DNA from: Syntrophobacterales bacterium
Lineage (GTDB): Bacteria; Desulfobacterota; Syntrophia; Syntrophales; UBA5619
Direction of reading: 5' to 3'
Length of the DNA stretch: 64,000 bases
Assembly: GCA_019429105.1 (NCBI GenBank)
Contig: JAHYJE010000010.1
Coordinates: forward strand, 2,172-66,171
Numbering within the stretch: position 1 is the first letter of the stretch; each line of letters begins with the position of its first letter. Below, piece after piece: positions 8,211-16,983 of this stretch. Both the position numbers and the translations under genes were made by a program. The notes under the pieces were generated by a model, which saw only the letters and a program-made list of their open reading frames with translations, was not told the DNA's origin and searched no databases.

Positions 8211-8237
8211 AGTATTCCGGGGATAGTATTCCGGGGA
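8211..8237. repeat. Two direct copies of AGTATTCCGGGGA separated by 1 nt
   Basis: agtattccgggga at 8211..8223 and again at 8225..8237, starting 4 nt after the WYL gene stop codon. Confidence 0.9.
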
Positions 8238-8484
8238 CATAATACCATTTTTCTTCTCATTACCAAGCTCCATGCATATTCAAGACTGGTACTGGCTCCA
8301 CAATTGTTCCCCTCGTCAGCCAAATCCTGCCGGACGGCTCTGCCTTCCTGACTTTGCAGTGGGTTCAGGTGGAACATCTGGCCACCAGGCATGTGTTTCC
8401 GGTAAATTATCGTCTTAACTTTTTATCGTTGGCGTGATATATGTCTCACCGGCGATCTGTAAATTTTAGTTTTGAGGTATAGCA

Positions 8485-8712
8485 ATGAATAATCCAACCA
8501 TTGAATTGAACCGCCCACAGCTCGTATCTGCACTATCGCAGTTCTCCCCGGAAGCACTGAAAAAGGTCATAGACGATCTGTTCCGTAAGAAGCTCTACAA
8601 ACCGCATTCTCTGGATGAAATCACCAGAGAGGCATCCGCCATGGTCTGCAAGGCCAAACTGGGGCCAGAAACGGTAGCGGAAGCGGTGAAATGGGCACGA
8701 TCTCAAAAATAG
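8485..8712 (+). CDS. Putative antitoxin partner of the downstream PIN gene (no family recognised)
   Basis: 75 aa with RBS GAGGT. Its 3' end overlaps the ATG (8691) of the PIN reading frame, a typical toxin-antitoxin arrangement. Confidence 0.5.
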   Translation: MNNPTIELNRPQLVSALSQFSPEALKKVIDDLFRKKLYKPHSLDEITREASAMVCKAKLGPETVAEAVKWARSQK

Positions 8713-9107
8713 TTATCGACACCAATGTATTCATATCCGCCTTTGGGTGGGATGGCGAACCTGAATAGGTGTTGCGCTTATTGGAACAGCAGCACATTTT
8801 CAACTACACGACCGACAATATCTATGATGAGCTCCGTCGTGTAGTTGCCTATCCCAAACTGAAGTTTTCCGCTTCACTGCAAGCCAAAATTCTTGAATTC
8901 GTCTTCTGTTGGTCAACGTTTATGCAACCCGTTAAGGCCGTTTTTGTTGTAACTGATGATCCTGATGACGACAAGTTCATTTCCTGCGCACTCGTTGCCG
9001 GCGCCAGCCACATCGTTTCCGGCAACCCCCACCTGCTGAATATTGACACCTACCAGAGCATCCGGATTCTAACCCCTGCTCAGTTTATAAAATCATTCGA
9101 CAAATAG
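8691..9107 (+). pseudogene. PIN-domain (PIN_3-like) toxin gene interrupted by an in-frame TAG at 8766..8768
   Basis: The frame from ATG 8691 reads MGTISKIVIDTNVFISAFGWDGEPE-TAG-VLRLLEQQHIFNYTTDNIYDELRRV...VVTDDPDDDKFISCALVAGASHIVSGNPHLL. IVIDTNVFISA and D.DD.FI..A...A..IVSGD..LL are PIN_3 hallmarks. The ORF track shows only the GTG-initiated C-terminal 112 aa. Confidence 0.8.
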
Positions 9108-9284
9108 CTTATGATCTCCTGCGAAACATGCCGGACGGCACACACGCGCATCCGCTTGCGGAAAGCCCCAATCCTCGCTTATTTTCTTTTCTAATGACGG
9201 CGGCACGGCGGGGCTCTCAGGATTGGTCAAAACCAAATCCTGACCTCGGCCGTCAATAGTGGACATGAAATATTTCATGCTTCA

Positions 9285-9458
9285 GAGGCAATTGCAAAAC
9301 TCTCACATTCTGTCATTCCCGCAATGATTTTAAGCGGGAAAACGAAGTTTAATGTTCATAATCTGGTTCTAACTGCTTGAAAAACCGTATTCCCGATAGA
9401 AGCATTGTGTACATTAAGCTCCGCTTTCGGGAATGACAAATAGTTTTGCAATTGGCTC
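9285..9458. repeat. MITE-like hairpin repeat bounded by terminal inverted repeats, copy A (174 bp)
   Basis: Left end gaggcaattgcaaaact, right end agttttgcaattggctc (17-bp inverted repeats, 1 mismatch). The interior shares gtcattcccgcaatgattttaagcgggaa and attcccgatagaagcatt...cgggaatgac with the copy at 57660..57791. It carries two extra inserts of about 20 nt. Confidence 0.85.
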
Positions 9459-9638
9459 TTCATACTTGGCATTTATCTTGATTATATGTCAAGTACGGTT
9501 GCCCGATAGCGAGACCATTCTGGCTGAATTTGTTGATAACATCATTAATATTAAAAGTTTATAATGTAAGGACCATTAGTGTAGAATAATTATTTTTACC
9601 GTTGACATGAAAGCGAGACAGGAGTAGGAGCACCGCTT

Positions 9639-10169
9639 ATGTTTAAACTTGTTAAAAAAATAATTGCCACACCCAATAACATCGTCTCGCTGAATCTTGA
9701 GGATTGCGAGCAGGTGGAGGTTACTGAAGTTGGCATAAAGATTGAAGAAAAAGTGAAGCGTCTCTTCCGGGGATCGCTTGCTATCAGACAGGTGGACGCA
9801 GGCTCCGACAATGCCGCCGAACAGGAACTGGTAGCCTTGTCCAATCCTTTTTACGATGTCGAGCGGTTCGGAATCCATTTTGTCGCTTCGCCCCGCCACG
9901 CCGACATGCTGATAGTAACAGGCCCGGTGACCCGGAATATGGCAGAAGCGGTGCGGCGGGCGTACGGAGCGACGCCGGATCCCAAGATCGTGGTGGCGCT
10001 CGGCGACGACGCCATTAACGGAGGCATCTATCGGGAAAGTTACGCGGTACTTGACGCGGTTAAAAACGTCATCCCGGTTGATTACGAGATTCCGGGCAAT
10101 CCGCCCTCCCCTAAAACCATTCTCTGTCATTTGGTTAAAATATTGTACAGAGTATCTGCGGCGCATTGA
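9639..10169 (+). CDS. NuoB/HycG-like small subunit of an Ehr-type complex; all Fe-S cysteine ligands substituted
   Basis: 176 aa with RBS AGGAG. FGIHFVASPRHADMLIVTGPVTRNMAEAVRRAY is the NuoB/HycG core. The cluster-ligand positions read VDAGSDNAAEQE, ALGDDAINGG and IPGNPPSP, with no Cys. Confidence 0.85.
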   Translation: MFKLVKKIIATPNNIVSLNLEDCEQVEVTEVGIKIEEKVKRLFRGSLAIRQVDAGSDNAAEQELVALSNPFYDVERFGIHFVASPRHADMLIVTGPVTRNMAEAVRRAYGATPDPKIVVALGDDAINGGIYRESYAVLDAVKNVIPVDYEIPGNPPSPKTILCHLVKILYRVSAAH

Positions 10170-10171
10170 TC

Positions 10172-12220
10172 ATGATTGAATTTATTATATCGCCGGACGG
10201 CTTTATCATATTGCTGCTGTTGTTTCTGCTGGGGGCTCTCGGCGCGGCGCTGCTGAAAAATAATGATGAGTCGGCCAACTACTGGAGCAGCTTCTTCGCG
10301 ATAGCCGGTTCGCTCTGGGGCGTCCTGTTCGGTCTGGGGTCGCTTTTTGCCGTCCGGCCGCTCCTGTTTACCATCGGGGCCTCCCCCTTTTCGCTTTTGC
10401 AGTTTTCCTTTCTGATCGACAAGCTGGCCGCCTTCTTCGTTTTTATCATCTGCCTGATCGCCCTCTTCTGTTCGCTCTACGGCATTGACTATGTTAGGCA
10501 GTACTACCGCAAATACAGCATCGGGTCGCTGGGATTTTTTTACAACCTCTTTATTGCCGGGATGCTGCTCGTGGTTACCGCGACCAACGGACTTTTTTTC
10601 CTGCTTGCCTGGGAGATCATGTCGGTCGCGTCCTTTTTCCTGGTCATCTACGATCGCCATGAACAGGAAAATATCCGGGCAGGGTTTCTTTACTTAGTCA
10701 TGACGCATGTCGGCACCTCCTTTATCATCGCGGCCTTTCTGCTCCTTTACAAATTTACCGGGTCGTTCGAATTTTCGCTGATCAGAAATGGGGCGGGAAT
10801 GATTCCCGGCTCAGTCAAAAACGCCGTTTTCGTTTTATCGCTGATCGGGTTCGGCACAAAGGCCGGCATTATCCCGCTGCATATCTGGCTCCCCGGCGCG
10901 CACCCGGCGGCCCCTTCGCACGTCTCGGGGCTAATGTCCGGCGTGATGATAAAAACCGGGATATACATGATGATCCGGATTTTTCTCGATCTGCTCCAGC
11001 CGTTTCCGTTGTGGTGGGGGGTGGTTCTGCTCATCACCGGCGCGGTTTCTTCCCTGCTGGGCGTCCTTTACGCCCTGACCGAGCACGACATCAAAAAGCT
11101 GCTGGCCTACCACAGCATAGAAAATATCGGGATCATCCTGCTGGGTCTCGGGAGCGCCCTCACCTTTCTTTCCCTCCAAATGCCGGCGCTCGCGCTGGTC
11201 GGTTTGGTCGCCTCCCTTTTTCATACGTTAAACCACGCCACCTTCAAGTCGCTCCTTTTTCTCGGCGCCGGTTCGGTGATCAATCAAACGCACACCCGAA
11301 ACATGGAGGAATATGGCGGTCTTATCAAATTAATGCCGCAGACCGCGCTGCTTTTTCTCGTTGGGTCCATGGCCATCACGGCCCTGCCGCCCTTTAATGG
11401 TTTTTTCAGCGAATGGCTCACCTTCCAAGCGCTCTTCCAGGGAATCGCAGCTCCCAATTCACAGGTAATCTGGATATTTGTGATAGCGGCGGGCGCACTG
11501 GCCTTTACCGGCGGTCTGGCGCTTGCCTGTTTCGTCAAGGCCTTTGGCGCGATCTTTCTCGCCCGTCCCCGCAGCGACGAGGCCAAGCACGCCAAAGAAT
11601 CCTCCCCCTTCATGCTCGCCGGGATGTGGTCGCTGGGGGCGCTGTCGCTGTTATTCGGGGTTGGTTCCGGCTATGTTTCTCAAGTTCTTCAAGCAGTTGG
11701 AGGCGAGTTTGCGGTCTTCCAAAATCTTCCTGCCCCGTTTTTGCACACGGAAGGGGGATGGATCACAGTCGGCGGCTTTTCCTCCGTCTTTGCGCCGGCA
11801 ATATTTCTGGCGTTGCTCTTGGCGCTTTTGGCCGTTGTCTTTGCGGTCAACCGCCTGCTCAGTCGTCGGCAGACCGTCAGGACCGGCCCCACCTGGGATT
11901 GCGGCACGGATCTGACGCCCCGCATGGAAATTACCTCAACCGGGTTCGCACGTTCCATCATCCTTATATTTAAGGGAATCTTGAAACCGACCATGCAAAA
12001 AGCGGTTGAATATCGGGACGGGGAGTCGCGCTATCTGCCGAAGTCGAGGATGATCAAGCTCGGCATGAACGATATCTACGAGAAATATCTCTATGAACCG
12101 GCCCAGGCCTTTGTCCTCAAATTTTCGCTCTACGCCAAAAAGGTGCAGAGCGGCTTGATCAACATGTATATCCTTTACATTTTAATCGCCCTGGTCGGCG
12201 TTTTACTTTTTTCACTGTGA
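10172..12220 (+). CDS. HyfB/NuoL-like antiporter-type membrane subunit (EhrA-like)
   Basis: About 682 aa and polytopic. LLAWEIMSVASFFLV, GTKAGIIPLHIWLPGAHPAAPSHVSGLMSGVMIK and LAYHSIENIGIILLG are Mrp/NuoL-family motifs. The ATG at 10172 lies 3 nt after the upstream stop (the ORF track uses TTG at 10166). Confidence 0.9.
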   Translation: MIEFIISPDGFIILLLLFLLGALGAALLKNNDESANYWSSFFAIAGSLWGVLFGLGSLFAVRPLLFTIGASPFSLLQFSFLIDKLAAFFVFIICLIALFCSLYGIDYVRQYYRKYSIGSLGFFYNLFIAGMLLVVTATNGLFFLLAWEIMSVASFFLVIYDRHEQENIRAGFLYLVMTHVGTSFIIAAFLLLYKFTGSFEFSLIRNGAGMIPGSVKNAVFVLSLIGFGTKAGIIPLHIWLPGAHPAAPSHVSGLMSGVMIKTGIYMMIRIFLDLLQPFPLWWGVVLLITGAVSSLLGVLYALTEHDIKKLLAYHSIENIGIILLGLGSALTFLSLQMPALALVGLVASLFHTLNHATFKSLLFLGAGSVINQTHTRNMEEYGGLIKLMPQTALLFLVGSMAITALPPFNGFFSEWLTFQALFQGIAAPNSQVIWIFVIAAGALAFTGGLALACFVKAFGAIFLARPRSDEAKHAKESSPFMLAGMWSLGALSLLFGVGSGYVSQVLQAVGGEFAVFQNLPAPFLHTEGGWITVGGFSSVFAPAIFLALLLALLAVVFAVNRLLSRRQTVRTGPTWDCGTDLTPRMEITSTGFARSIILIFKGILKPTMQKAVEYRDGESRYLPKSRMIKLGMNDIYEKYLYEPAQAFVLKFSLYAKKVQSGLINMYILYILIALVGVLLFSL

Positions 12221-12223
12221 ACT

Positions 12224-13150
12224 ATGAATATAATTTTTGACATACTGCAACCGCTTTTCGTCCCTTTGCTTTCGCCGCTCTTGATCGGCGTCGTCAAGAA
12301 GATCAAGGCAAAAATGCAAAATCGCCAGGGCGCGGGCGTTCTTCAGCCGTATCGGGACTTATGGAAGCTTTTTCACAAGGATGAGGTAATCAGTCAAGAC
12401 GCCTCCTGGATTTTCCGCATGGCGCCCTATATCATCTTCGCGGTCACGCTCATTGTCGGCGCCTTCATCCCTATATTCAATTTGAACACCTTCACAGCCC
12501 CCCTCGGCGATTTGCTCGCCGTTGTGTATCTGCTAGCAATCGGTACGTTTTTTCTGGCTCTGGCCGGAATCGATACCGGCAGCGCGTTCGGCGGGTTCGC
12601 CTCCAGCCGCGAAATGACCGTTTCGGCGCTCGCGGAAGTGGGCCTGATCTTTTCGTTTTTTATCCTATCATTGGTGAGCGGCAGCACAAACCTCTTTACA
12701 ATCGCCGATTCCGTACTCGTCGCCAATATCACCTCCCTGCAGCCGATCATCCTGGCCGGTCTGGGATATTTTATAGTACTGCTGGCCGAGGGCGGGCGGT
12801 ATCCCTTTGACAACCCGGCAACCCACCTTGAACTGACCATGATTCACGAAGCGATGATTTTGGAATATTGCGGCCGGCGGTTGGCGCTCATGGAGTGGGC
12901 AGCTGCCAATAAGTTATTTATTTTCATGACTTTGGGAGCTAATTTATTCTTTCCGTGGGGGCTGATGCATGAGTTTTCATTGGCCGCCCTGATTGTTGCC
13001 GTCGCCGTTTTCGCTCTCAAACTATCGGCGTTCTGTTTTGCAATTGCCTTTATCGAGTCCGGCATCGCCAAATTCCGCTTCTTCCGTCTGCCGGATTTGC
13101 TTATCGTCTCTTTCATACTTAATATTGTCGCAATCGGGTTAATTAAATAA
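12224..13150 (+). CDS. HycD/HyfC/NuoH-like membrane subunit (EhrB-like)
   Basis: 308 aa. LQPYRDLWKLFHKDEVIS near the N-terminus and FDNPATHLELTMIHEAMILEY are typical of HycD/NuoH-like subunits. Confidence 0.85.
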   Translation: MNIIFDILQPLFVPLLSPLLIGVVKKIKAKMQNRQGAGVLQPYRDLWKLFHKDEVISQDASWIFRMAPYIIFAVTLIVGAFIPIFNLNTFTAPLGDLLAVVYLLAIGTFFLALAGIDTGSAFGGFASSREMTVSALAEVGLIFSFFILSLVSGSTNLFTIADSVLVANITSLQPIILAGLGYFIVLLAEGGRYPFDNPATHLELTMIHEAMILEYCGRRLALMEWAAANKLFIFMTLGANLFFPWGLMHEFSLAALIVAVAVFALKLSAFCFAIAFIESGIAKFRFFRLPDLLIVSFILNIVAIGLIK

Positions 13151-13151
13151 A

Positions 13152-13799
13152 ATGGAACTGTTCTCCCCACACTTTCTGGCAGTAGCGATTTTTCTGACGA
13201 TCATCTTCTCCCATATCGTCAAGAGAAACATTATCATCGTTACCGTTTACGGCATTCAGTCGTCGGCAATCGTGCTGCTGCTGTTCCGCTCGTTTTTAGA
13301 GACAAAGTCCCTGGCGATGCTCTTTATCGTTATCCTCGTTGCCGCCATCAAGGTTTTCCTGCCGCTCCGTTTTTTTATCGGCTTTATCCGAAAGTACGAA
13401 ACGGGCTTGTCCTCATCCGCATATCTGAATTTGCCCCTGACCCTGATTGTGGTCGCGGCGCTGAGCACGTTTGCGCACAGCCGGCTGTTTGCGCCGCTTG
13501 CGACAATCGTACCGGGAAATAGCGCCCTGCTTTCGCTCAGCATCGCCGGGATGATGATCTCGCTTTTATTGATGATCAACCGTAAAGGCATCTTGTCGCA
13601 GATCATCGGGGTGCTTTCGCTGGAAAACGCCATCGTGGAATTCGGTTTGTTTGCCGGCCTCGAACAATCGCCCGTGCTGCAGCTTGGCATCATGTTCAAC
13701 ATCCTGGTCTGGCTGATTATTACGGCCGTTTTTTCCTCAATGATCTACCGGCATTTTGGAGCGCTGGAGACGGCGGGAATGAAGAGTTTGAAAGAATAG
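13152..13799 (+). CDS. HyfE/NuoK-like small membrane subunit (EhrC-like)
   Basis: 215 aa and hydrophobic. Its position between the NuoH-like and NuoN/M-like genes matches hyf/hyc-type clusters. VLSLENAIVEFGLFAG resembles HyfE. Confidence 0.7.
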   Translation: MELFSPHFLAVAIFLTIIFSHIVKRNIIIVTVYGIQSSAIVLLLFRSFLETKSLAMLFIVILVAAIKVFLPLRFFIGFIRKYETGLSSSAYLNLPLTLIVVAALSTFAHSRLFAPLATIVPGNSALLSLSIAGMMISLLLMINRKGILSQIIGVLSLENAIVEFGLFAGLEQSPVLQLGIMFNILVWLIITAVFSSMIYRHFGALETAGMKSLKE

Positions 13800-13802
13800 T
13801 CA

Positions 13803-15251
13803 ATGGAACCTGTTATCATCATATCGATTTTGTCGCTCGCCGCCATGGCCTGTCTGCTCCTCAAGAGCCTCCGGGCGATCGAGTATGTCTCCCTCGGCGC
13901 TGCCGCTATCGTTTTTATCGCAGCCGTCAGCCTGGCGCTTGACGTCTCCGTTCATCCCTCTCTTGCTTCCGCCCAGTTTTTTTGGGTCGATCCGCTGGCG
14001 GCGATCATTGCCCTGCTGATCGGAACGGTCGGTTTGGCCGCGGCGTTCTATTCCATATTTTACCTCCGTGCGGAGATGGCCAAGGGGATCATCGGGTTTC
14101 ACCGCGTCAAGCAGTATTTCATCCTGTTCAACCTTTTTCTCCTGGCGATGTTCTTTGCGGTAATGGTCAACAATCCGATTTTGATGTGGATCGCGATTGA
14201 ATCGACGACGCTTTCCACCGTCTTTCTGATCAGCTTCTACGACAAGCCAACCGCCCTCGAAGCCGCCTGGAAATATTTGATCATCAACTCCACCGGTCTC
14301 TTGCTGGGATTTTTCGGAACGCTCCTCTATTTTACCTCGGTGCACTCAACGGGTGGAAATGATTTGATAAGCTGGGAGATATTAAGGGCAAACACGGCGA
14401 ATTTGAATCCGCTCATCGCCAAGATCGCCTTTATTTTTGTTCTGATCGGTTACGGTACGAAGGTCGGATTTGCGCCGATGCACACCTGGCTTCCCGACGC
14501 CCACAGCAAAGCCCCGGCGCCGATCAGCGCCCTCCTCTCCGGCGTACTGCTTAATATCGCCCTTTTTGCCGTCCTGCGCTTCAAACTGCTTACCGACGCG
14601 GTTGCCGGGCAGGCTTTTTCCGAGGGACTCCTCATGTTGTTCGGCCTCGTTTCGATCATCATCGCCGCCCTGATCATGCTGACCCAGCAAAATTATAAGC
14701 GGCTTTTGGCATACTCGAGCATTGAAAACATGGGGATAGTGGCGCTCGGTTTCGGCATGGGAGGAATCGGGGTTTTTGCCGCGATCCTCCACATGATCTA
14801 TCATGCCCTGGTGAAACCGGCTCTGTTTTTTTTAGCGGGCAACATTTTTTTGAAATACAGCTCCACCAAAATCGCCAATATCCGAGGGGTAATTTCCGCC
14901 TTGCCGGTATCTGCGGGTCTATTTCTGACCGGATTTTTTACCGTTACCGGCACGCCGCCGTTTGGAATCTTTTTTACGAAGATTTATGTCCTGTCCGCTG
15001 CCATCGGGACGAATCTCTTCGCCGGTCTGATCGCGATTTTCGCCTTTGCGCTCGTTTTCATTGGTTTTTTCAGGCAGGTTATCGCAATGATGTTCGGCGA
15101 AAAACCTTCAGAGATGCCGGTCGGGGAAATCCATCGCCTGCTCATTGCTCCGCCTTTGCTGCTTTTAGCAGCAGCGCTGGCGCTTAGTTTTTATCTGCCG
15201 CCGTTTCTTTCTGAACTGATCACGCAGGCCGTAGGGAAATATTCGTTATGA
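13803..15251 (+). CDS. HyfF/HycC/NuoN-M-like antiporter-type membrane subunit (EhrD-like)
   Basis: 482 aa. GTKVGFAPMHTWLPDAHSKAPAPISALLSGVLLN and LAYSSIENMGIVALGFG are motifs of the antiporter-like subunits. Confidence 0.9.
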   Translation: MEPVIIISILSLAAMACLLLKSLRAIEYVSLGAAAIVFIAAVSLALDVSVHPSLASAQFFWVDPLAAIIALLIGTVGLAAAFYSIFYLRAEMAKGIIGFHRVKQYFILFNLFLLAMFFAVMVNNPILMWIAIESTTLSTVFLISFYDKPTALEAAWKYLIINSTGLLLGFFGTLLYFTSVHSTGGNDLISWEILRANTANLNPLIAKIAFIFVLIGYGTKVGFAPMHTWLPDAHSKAPAPISALLSGVLLNIALFAVLRFKLLTDAVAGQAFSEGLLMLFGLVSIIIAALIMLTQQNYKRLLAYSSIENMGIVALGFGMGGIGVFAAILHMIYHALVKPALFFLAGNIFLKYSSTKIANIRGVISALPVSAGLFLTGFFTVTGTPPFGIFFTKIYVLSAAIGTNLFAGLIAIFAFALVFIGFFRQVIAMMFGEKPSEMPVGEIHRLLIAPPLLLLAAALALSFYLPPFLSELITQAVGKYSL

Positions 15252-16822
15252 AATCACAAGTTTTTGACAGCATTATTCCCGCAGGGCATCAAATTGAACG
15301 TCATGGACGTTTGAGTGTTTTTGCCGTCAGCCCCTCCGAAATCAAAAAAGTCGCACTTTATTTTCACCAGGAAAAACGGTTGCCGCTGATGATAATTGCC
15401 GCAACCGACGAAAGGAAAGAAAAGGGCGCCTTTAAAATATGGTATGTCTTCGGAGTTCCTGGAGAAAACCGTTTTGTGGCTCCCTATATCAGCCTCGCTG
15501 ACACAGTGGAATTCCCGTCTCTTGCCGCGGAGATTCACGAAACATGGGAGTATGAAAGACTGATTCAGACCTTTTTTGGCTTGCGGCCGGTCGGTCATCC
15601 CCATCCGCTGCCGCTGATTCTGCATGAGAACTGGCCAGCCGACGGCTTCCCGCTGCGCAAGGATTTTCACTGGCAGACCCGGCCGGAAACGGCGCAGGGC
15701 GTTTATCCTTTTCAACAGGTAGCGGGCGAAGGAATCTACGAAATACCGGTAGGCCCCATCCACGCCGGCATTATCGAACCGGGCCATTTCCGCTTCAGCG
15801 TTGCCGGCGAGGAGATCGTCCTGCTCGAACCACGCCTCGGCTACACGCACAAGGGCAGCGAAAAACTCTTCGAAGAACTGCCGCTGCCGGATAAAATCCG
15901 CCTCTCCGAGAAGATTTCCGGCGACAGCTCCTTTAGCCACTCTCTGGCCTTCTGCCAGGCGCTGGAGGAGCTGGCCGACATAACCGTTCCCGCCCGGGCG
16001 TCTCATCTGCGCGTGATCTATGCAGAATTGGAAAGGCTGGCCAACCACCTGGGCGATCTCGGCGCAATCATGCTCGACGCCGGCTTTAACTTCGGCGGTT
16101 CGCAGTGCTCGCGCCTGCGGGAAATGATCATGCAAATAAACGATCGCCTTACCGGCAGCAGATTTCTGCGGGGGGTGAACGCCATAGGCGGGGTTGAAAA
16201 GGATATTTCCTTGGAAAAGTCCCTTCAGTTAGTGGATGAGCTAGGGAAAATCAGGAAGGATTTTTCCGAAATAATGGCGGTTGCCCAAAACAGCGCCTCG
16301 CTGCTCAATCGCCTGGAGACGACCGGCACACTGCCGCTGGAGATTGCCCGAGAGCATGGCGTCGTCGGGATTGCTGCGAAGGCGCTGGGAATCGTGAATG
16401 ACGCCCGGCGCGATTATCCATACGCCGCTTATGACAGCCTCTATGTTGCCGATACATTTGCAAAAACCGGCGGCGATGTGTATGCCCGCTTTATGGCGCG
16501 GGCAACAGAGGTTTATGGTTCCATCAAGATGATTCAGCAGGCGCTGGCGGGGTTGCCCGCCGGGCCCATACAGACAGCAATCGCCGGGGCGGGATTGTTC
16601 CGAAAAAGCTCATTGGCGCTTGGAATTGTGGAAGGCTGGCGGGGGAATATCGTTTATTTAGTCCATACAGACGAACAGGGCGAAATAAGTAGGGTAGCCC
16701 TGCGCGATCCCTCTTTTTTAAACTGGACGCTGCTCGGTTACGCAGCGGCCGGCTACATCGTCCCCGATTTTCCCCTGATCAACAAGAGCTTCAACCTTTC
16801 CTACTCCGGAAACGACCTCTAA
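15248..16822 (+). CDS. NuoC-NuoD / HycE-like large subunit (EhrL-like) lacking both NiFe-binding CxxC motifs
   Basis: 524 aa; ATGA overlap with the upstream gene. VGPIHAGIIEPGHFRF and LEPRLGYTHKGSEK are large-subunit hallmarks. The N-terminal NiFe motif reads EKISGDSSFSH and the C-terminal one reads FNLSYSGNDL, with no Cys at the ligand positions. Confidence 0.88.
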   Translation: MKSQVFDSIIPAGHQIERHGRLSVFAVSPSEIKKVALYFHQEKRLPLMIIAATDERKEKGAFKIWYVFGVPGENRFVAPYISLADTVEFPSLAAEIHETWEYERLIQTFFGLRPVGHPHPLPLILHENWPADGFPLRKDFHWQTRPETAQGVYPFQQVAGEGIYEIPVGPIHAGIIEPGHFRFSVAGEEIVLLEPRLGYTHKGSEKLFEELPLPDKIRLSEKISGDSSFSHSLAFCQALEELADITVPARASHLRVIYAELERLANHLGDLGAIMLDAGFNFGGSQCSRLREMIMQINDRLTGSRFLRGVNAIGGVEKDISLEKSLQLVDELGKIRKDFSEIMAVAQNSASLLNRLETTGTLPLEIAREHGVVGIAAKALGIVNDARRDYPYAAYDSLYVADTFAKTGGDVYARFMARATEVYGSIKMIQQALAGLPAGPIQTAIAGAGLFRKSSLALGIVEGWRGNIVYLVHTDEQGEISRVALRDPSFLNWTLLGYAAAGYIVPDFPLINKSFNLSYSGNDL

Positions 16823-16983
16823 AAAGCTGCCGACCAATGTCAGGAAATCAGTCAAATCGTCATACCGTCGAAAGACGGTATCCAGTCCTTTCAAGCTCTT
16901 CCCGGACAAGATCTTTTTCTAAGCGCAGGCATCCTGGGGCTGCAAATTCCTTCCCCAGGCCCGGCGGCTTTATCTAAGGCCAA

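Noticed and set aside
9093-9278. 61-aa minus-strand ORF between the PIN gene and the MITE
   Set aside because: It has no RBS, overlaps the end of the PIN gene, and its sequence has no recognisable features. Probably spurious.
9464-9480. Sigma54-like motif TGGCAT-N5-TTGA upstream of the Ehr cluster, and the recurrence of ACTTGGCAT here and at both IS junctions (38097, 41645)
   Set aside because: The -12 element lacks the conserved GC (TTGA instead of TTGC), and the site is about 170 nt from the start codon. The copy at 41648 has correct GG/GC spacing but sits only about 12 nt from the OmpA-like gene's ATG. Three occurrences of a 9-mer may partly reflect the IS termini. Not called.
16862-16881. 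Hairpin ataccgtc-gaaa-gacggtat after the Ehr large-subunit gene, as a terminator
   Set aside because: It is a perfect 8-bp stem with a GAAA loop but has no following U-run. It may stabilise the transcript, but it was not called as an intrinsic terminator.
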